Of a stretch of 19,300 nucleotides of DNA, positions 18,178 to 19,300 are shown piece by piece. Origin of the DNA: a bacterium (GTDB lineage: Bacteria; Synergistota; GBS-1). The translations under genes were made by a program, and so were the position numbers. Under the pieces are notes generated by a model. The model saw only the letters and a list, made by a program, of their open reading frames with translations, did no database searches and had not been told where the DNA came from. The stretch spans positions 1 through 19,300 of the forward strand of contig JASKLF010000013.1 in NCBI GenBank assembly GCA_030153785.1, read 5' to 3'. The first letter of the stretch is position 1. Each line of letters begins with the position of its first letter.

Positions 18178-18255
18178 GGGGCTGTGGTGTAGCACGGTTA
18201 ACACACCTGTCTGTCACACAGGAGATCGCGGGTTCAAGTCCCGTCAGCCCCGCCA
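18178..18255 (+). tRNA. trnD: tRNA-Asp (GTC)
   Basis: GGGGCTG/CAGCCCC, CCTGT-CTGTCAC-ACAGG, GGTTCAAGTCC, G-CCA. Confidence 0.97.
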
Positions 18256-18279
18256 TTATTTAAAAGATCCTTGAGTAGT

Positions 18280-18355
18280 GGCGAGATAGCTCAGGTGGTA
18301 GAGCAGCGGACTGAAAATCCGTGTGTCCCTGGTTCGACTCCAGGTCTCGCCACCA
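18280..18355 (+). tRNA. trnF: tRNA-Phe (GAA)
   Basis: GGCGAGA/TCTCGCC, GCGGA-CTGAAAA-TCCGT, GGTTCGACTCC, A-CCA. Confidence 0.97.
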
Positions 18356-18373
18356 TCCTGTAGTGAATAATGG

Positions 18374-18449
18374 GCGGAAGTAGCTCAGGTGGTAGAGCGT
18401 CTCCTTGCCAAGGAGAAGGTCGCGGGTTCAAGTCCCGTCTTCCGCTCCA
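18374..18449 (+). tRNA. trnG: tRNA-Gly (GCC)
   Basis: GCGGAAG/CTTCCGC, TCTCC-TTGCCAA-GGAGA, T-CCA. Confidence 0.97.
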
Positions 18450-18458
18450 TTGTGTTAT

Positions 18459-18533
18459 GGCGGTGTAGCCAAGCGGCAAGGCAGGGGACTGCAAATCCCT
18501 TATACCCCGGTTCGAATCCGGGCGCCGCCTCCA
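18459..18533 (+). tRNA. trnC: tRNA-Cys (GCA)
   Basis: GGCGGTG/CGCCGCC, GGGA-CTGCAAA-TCCC, GGTTCGAATCC, T-CCA. Confidence 0.97.
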
Positions 18534-18559
18534 ACTGAATAAAGGGTTTTAATAGATGC

Positions 18560-18635
18560 TCCGGCGTAGCTCAATCGGCAGAGCGGGTGGCTGTTAACCA
18601 CTAGGTTGCAGGTTCGAGTCCTGCCGCCGGAGCCA
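18560..18635 (+). tRNA. trnN: tRNA-Asn (GTT)
   Basis: TCCGGCG/CGCCGGA, GTGG-CTGTTAA-CCAC, GGTTCGAGTCC, G-CCA, followed by a long T tract. Confidence 0.97.
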
Positions 18636-18791
18636 TTTTTTTATTTTTTTTCCTTCTCCAAATCCCCCTTCTAATTGTCCACGCCGTAAGAAAGGGCAGC
18701 AGCAATAAAACCCTCTCCTTTTCTTGTGATTGGGTTAAATAAGACTACCCGTTTCCATTCCCTAAAAAGAAAAACTTTTTTGAAAATAGGC

Positions 18792-18821
18792 TTGATTTTT
18801 GGCTTTCTTTTGCTATATATT
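18792..18821 (+). promoter_or_regulatory. Putative sigma70-type promoter facing the remnants and cmr1
   Basis: TTGATT followed 16-18 nt later by (TGc)TATATA/TATATT in AT-rich DNA. Confidence 0.35.
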
Positions 18822-18839
18822 ATTTGTGAAGCAAAGTAC

Positions 18840-19003
18840 TCTAAGAAAGACGAAAACTACCGGTATTTTTAAGCGGGGAAGAGGCTAAGAAAGTGCTTTG
18901 GGTGACAAAAAGCATAAGGTACGAAGGCATTTTAATGCTTAGGAAACTGATTCACATTAGAGCATCAAAAGGTAGAAAAGACCGTTGTATATTCTGTGAG
19001 TGA
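18840..19003 (+). pseudogene. Tyrosine recombinase (integron-integrase-like/XerD family) fragment with frameshift and internal deletion
   Basis: Frame from 18848: RRKLPVFLSGEEAKKVLWVTKSIRYEGILMLRKLIHIRASKGRKDRCIFCE*; resembles KLP.VLS.EEV...ILML...LIHIR..KG.KDR; box I GLR..E segment missing; no start codon. Confidence 0.75.
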
Positions 19004-19024
19004 GACTAAAGCTGCTCTTGTAAG

Positions 19025-19225
19025 TTAATAGATTACTTGGCAATAGACCGGGATTATAAAGGCAATACTTTAAAACTATGGTAGAGTTTCAGAAAGAAGG
19101 AGCCAAGAGTGGGATTCGGGGTAAAGCACAGATATGATGAAATAAGAGAATATACCATAGTGGTCAAGGTGATAGATGTATTTGGAACTAATACAAATAA
19201 AGTGTTGAAGGTGAGGGTAAAATGA
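19025..19225 (+). pseudogene. C-terminal fragment of a site-specific DNA methyltransferase (type III Mod-like) with internal TAG
   Basis: LIDYLAIDRDYKGNTLKLW*SFRKKEPRVGFGVKHRYDEIREYTIVVKVIDVFGTNTNKVLKVRVK*; resembles IDYWA.DWDY...WQSFR...H.Y...Y.I.VKVIDIFGND; stop at 19082-19084. Confidence 0.65.
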
Positions 19226-19300
19226 AAGAATTTACTGTTAAAATTAGCCCTTTAACTCCTATATGGACAGGTGATTCTGATAGGAAAAACACCGTATTGA
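19222..19300 (+). CDS. cmr1: Probable type III-B CRISPR RAMP protein Cmr1, N-terminal 26 aa (3' truncated by window)
   Basis: ATG after AGGTGAGG; MKEFTVKISPLTPIWTGDSDRKNTVL, a RAMP N-terminal strand plus LTP.WTG motif typical of Cmr1; not in ORF track. Confidence 0.7.
   Translation, partial: MKEFTVKISPLTPIWTGDSDRKNTVL

Noticed and set aside
18089..18494. ORFs 18089-18274 (+) and 18291-18494 (-)
   Set aside because: They translate tRNA genes and are artefacts
18601..18790. Short minus-strand ORFs downstream of tRNA-Asn
   Set aside because: Short, partly antisense to the tRNA, and with no recognisable homology
18636..19221. CRISPR array or attC cassette array
   Set aside because: No regularly spaced repeats are visible in the window

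Overview
Chromosomal window from a probably thermophilic bacterium (inferred from bpsA and Lys/Glu-rich proteins; some ribosomal protein and DegP features look Synergistota-like, low confidence). Left: 3' end of tuf, then rpmG-tRNA-Trp-secE-nusG-rplK-rplA-rplJ-rplL with L1- and L10-type leader RNAs. rpoBC does not follow; instead there is a terminator, a frameshifted endonuclease V gene, ahcY and a DUF554 gene. Middle: polysaccharide deacetylase, tRNA-Ser(UGA), a PLP aminotransferase and a hypothetical gene, then a stress-flavoured run on the + strand: bpsA, an atypical dnaK with no grpE/hrcA, a J-domain + HEAT-repeat protein, HIT, rpsU, DUF523/TudS, hsp20 (CtsR-like boxes upstream) and degP, converging on a YgiQ-family radical SAM gene. 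Right: six tRNAs (Val, Asp, Phe, Gly, Cys, Asn) with a duplicated 37-bp promoter and an apparent decayed ygiQ-like relic between the copies. The window ends at what looks like the edge of a defence island: a tyrosine-recombinase remnant, a DNA-methyltransferase C-terminal remnant, and the start of a probable cmr1 (type III-B CRISPR) gene. All family assignments come from motif recognition by eye; no searches were run.
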